This document shows positions 62,372-64,000 of a stretch of DNA of 64,000 nucleotides, in pieces. The DNA is from Antedon mediterranea (lineage: Eukaryota; Animalia; Echinodermata). The stretch spans positions 13,959,045-14,023,044 of the forward strand of contig NC_092680.1 of NCBI RefSeq assembly GCF_964355755.1, written 5' to 3'. Each line of letters opens with the position of its first letter. Position 1 is the stretch's first letter. Below the pieces are notes generated by a model. The model ran no database searches and had not been told where the DNA came from. It was given only the letters and a program-made list of their open reading frames with translations. Both the position numbers and the translations under genes were made by a program.

Positions 62372-63232
62372 CCCTTTCACTGCGTATACCCGGTACTACC
62401 GGGTATAAACGGACGTCGTTGAAATACGTATACACAGTAATACCGGGTATAGGCAAAACAATGATTTAATCGTATTTGCCTATAATATCTAGCACCCTCT
62501 ATATTTTTTCGATGAACTTTGCAAGTCATTAAAACATTTTTCCAGCAAAAAAAACCACCCTCTATAGTTGTATTATCGTCTTGAAAATAATGCGCCCTCT
62601 ATAGTTAATTAATTAATTAATTATAGTATAGTATATATAATAGTATTTCTATCTTGGAAAGTTGTTTTGAGTAGCATAATGGCGGCCATTTTGAAAATAA
62701 CAAAAATTTACCAGCCCCAATAGGGCAACATCATGTTTATCACAACACACACAAAAAAAATTCTGAAACAATAGTTAGCTTTTGTACTATAATGAATTTT
62801 TGGAAACTGTCTTTATTTTCACGATTTTGCCCCAAAACTTTGATTAGTGCATAATTTTTATAAAACAATAAAAATTATTCAATTTAAATATTTTTATTTG
62901 TTATACGTATCTTCATCAATATCCAGTTGGAAAAACGTATTCAATAAGAATTTCTTATAGAAAGTATAGTTTTTATCATTGATTCGATAAAAAACATGAA
63001 ATTTAAAATACCTGTAATGACGTCATCAATATGCAAATTACATTATTTTGTTATACCTAACTGTAGACTAACCCTTACTTAACTGTAGACTAAACCCTTT
63101 GTCCATCACACACCACAAAAATAATTACACAATTATCTCAATTAGTATTTTTTTGCAATTTATTAAAATATCATGTTTTTCTTAAATATATATTACGCAC
63201 AGTGGTGGGAATAATGCTCCGCAATGAAAGGG
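62372..63232. mobile_element. piggyBac-like MITE
   Basis: TTAT-CCCTTTCACTGCG ... CGCAATGAAAGGG-TTAA; an inverted partial relative lies at about 60770-61010. Confidence 0.65.
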
Positions 63233-64000
63233 TTAAGGTCCCAAAAATGATCTTTCAATATGAATGACCTGTATATGAAAACTAGTACATGCAGCACTGA
63301 AGTTATTTTCTGAAATGCGCCATATTGGTCTTGTGCTGCAACAGAATAATCCATAAATTTCAATCAATTTGAGTATATTATCTAGCACATTGCAAGCAGG
63401 CATTATGTCATCTATAATGTAGATGAGTTAACATTATTTATTATACATATAATATATTATTCATGTTGCATAATTTAATGTCATTCCTTTCCCTTGTTGT
63501 GGCCCAAAATGTTGGGTATTTCCATAATTTCAAGAAATGTCATTTAGACATCAATATTTTTAACCAGCACAGCGCAAAATTCTTGTGTTTAATATCTGAA
63601 CATAATGTGAATTCAAATAGGTTTGACCATCCCCTGTGGCATTAATGTTATATTTGCCAATAGAAAATATAACTATATATTCAAAGATCTCATTGAGATG
63701 GTGATGTATGTATGATATAATTTGAAACGAAAGCCATTGCAGATATAAGACATACTCAAACACAATTTTAACATAATATTTAAAAAATTGTACATATTTG
63801 GGAATGAATAGAGATTACACAAATTATGCACACATAAATATATAAATATCCAAAGGCAAATTAGTGAAAATAATGACAATGCTATGTGTATCAGTGGCTG
63901 GATTTCAATGAAGATACAAAATAAAATAAGCAACTAGATTTGAACGAGAACCATCTTTTAATGTAACATAAAGATAGGAAGTTTAGAAGATAATTATCTA

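Noticed and set aside
60520-64000. Further upstream UBA6 exons or promoter
   Set aside because: No segment translating to the expected N-terminal E1 motifs was found; the region is repeat-rich intron

Overview
AT-rich animal genomic DNA with spliceosomal introns. An invertebrate deuterostome such as an echinoderm is likely, but this is inferred from gene content and repeat types. Two multi-exon genes converge tail-to-tail. (1) + strand, 560 to about 16606 or 22663: the 3' part of a STAP-family (STAP1/STAP2-like) adaptor. It has the post-PH LLPGQ motif, an SH2 domain and a long motif-rich tail built from small exons; the 5' PH exons lie upstream of the window. (2) - strand, 60515 to 28445: 23 exons of UBA6 (ubiquitin-like E1 enzyme 6), which splice into one uninterrupted frame of about 937 aa with GCGAIG, catalytic PYCTLKSFP and a UFD; the first ~110 codons lie beyond 64000. 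Human STAP1 and UBA6 have, from memory, the same convergent arrangement. The rest is transposon-derived or tandemly repeated: a young 1.85-kb non-autonomous LTR element nested in an L2 LINE, LINE fragments, two tRNA-derived SINE families, MITEs (pogo/Tigger, Harbinger, Kolobok, piggyBac, hAT-like), Helitron/Helentron-like pieces, and minisatellites of 27-28, 23 and 51 bp that account for all the long repetitive ORFs. Two UBA6 exon ends with their splice donors are each present in three tandem copies. No prokaryotic system or CRISPR array is present. All homology statements rest on recalled sequences, not on database searches.
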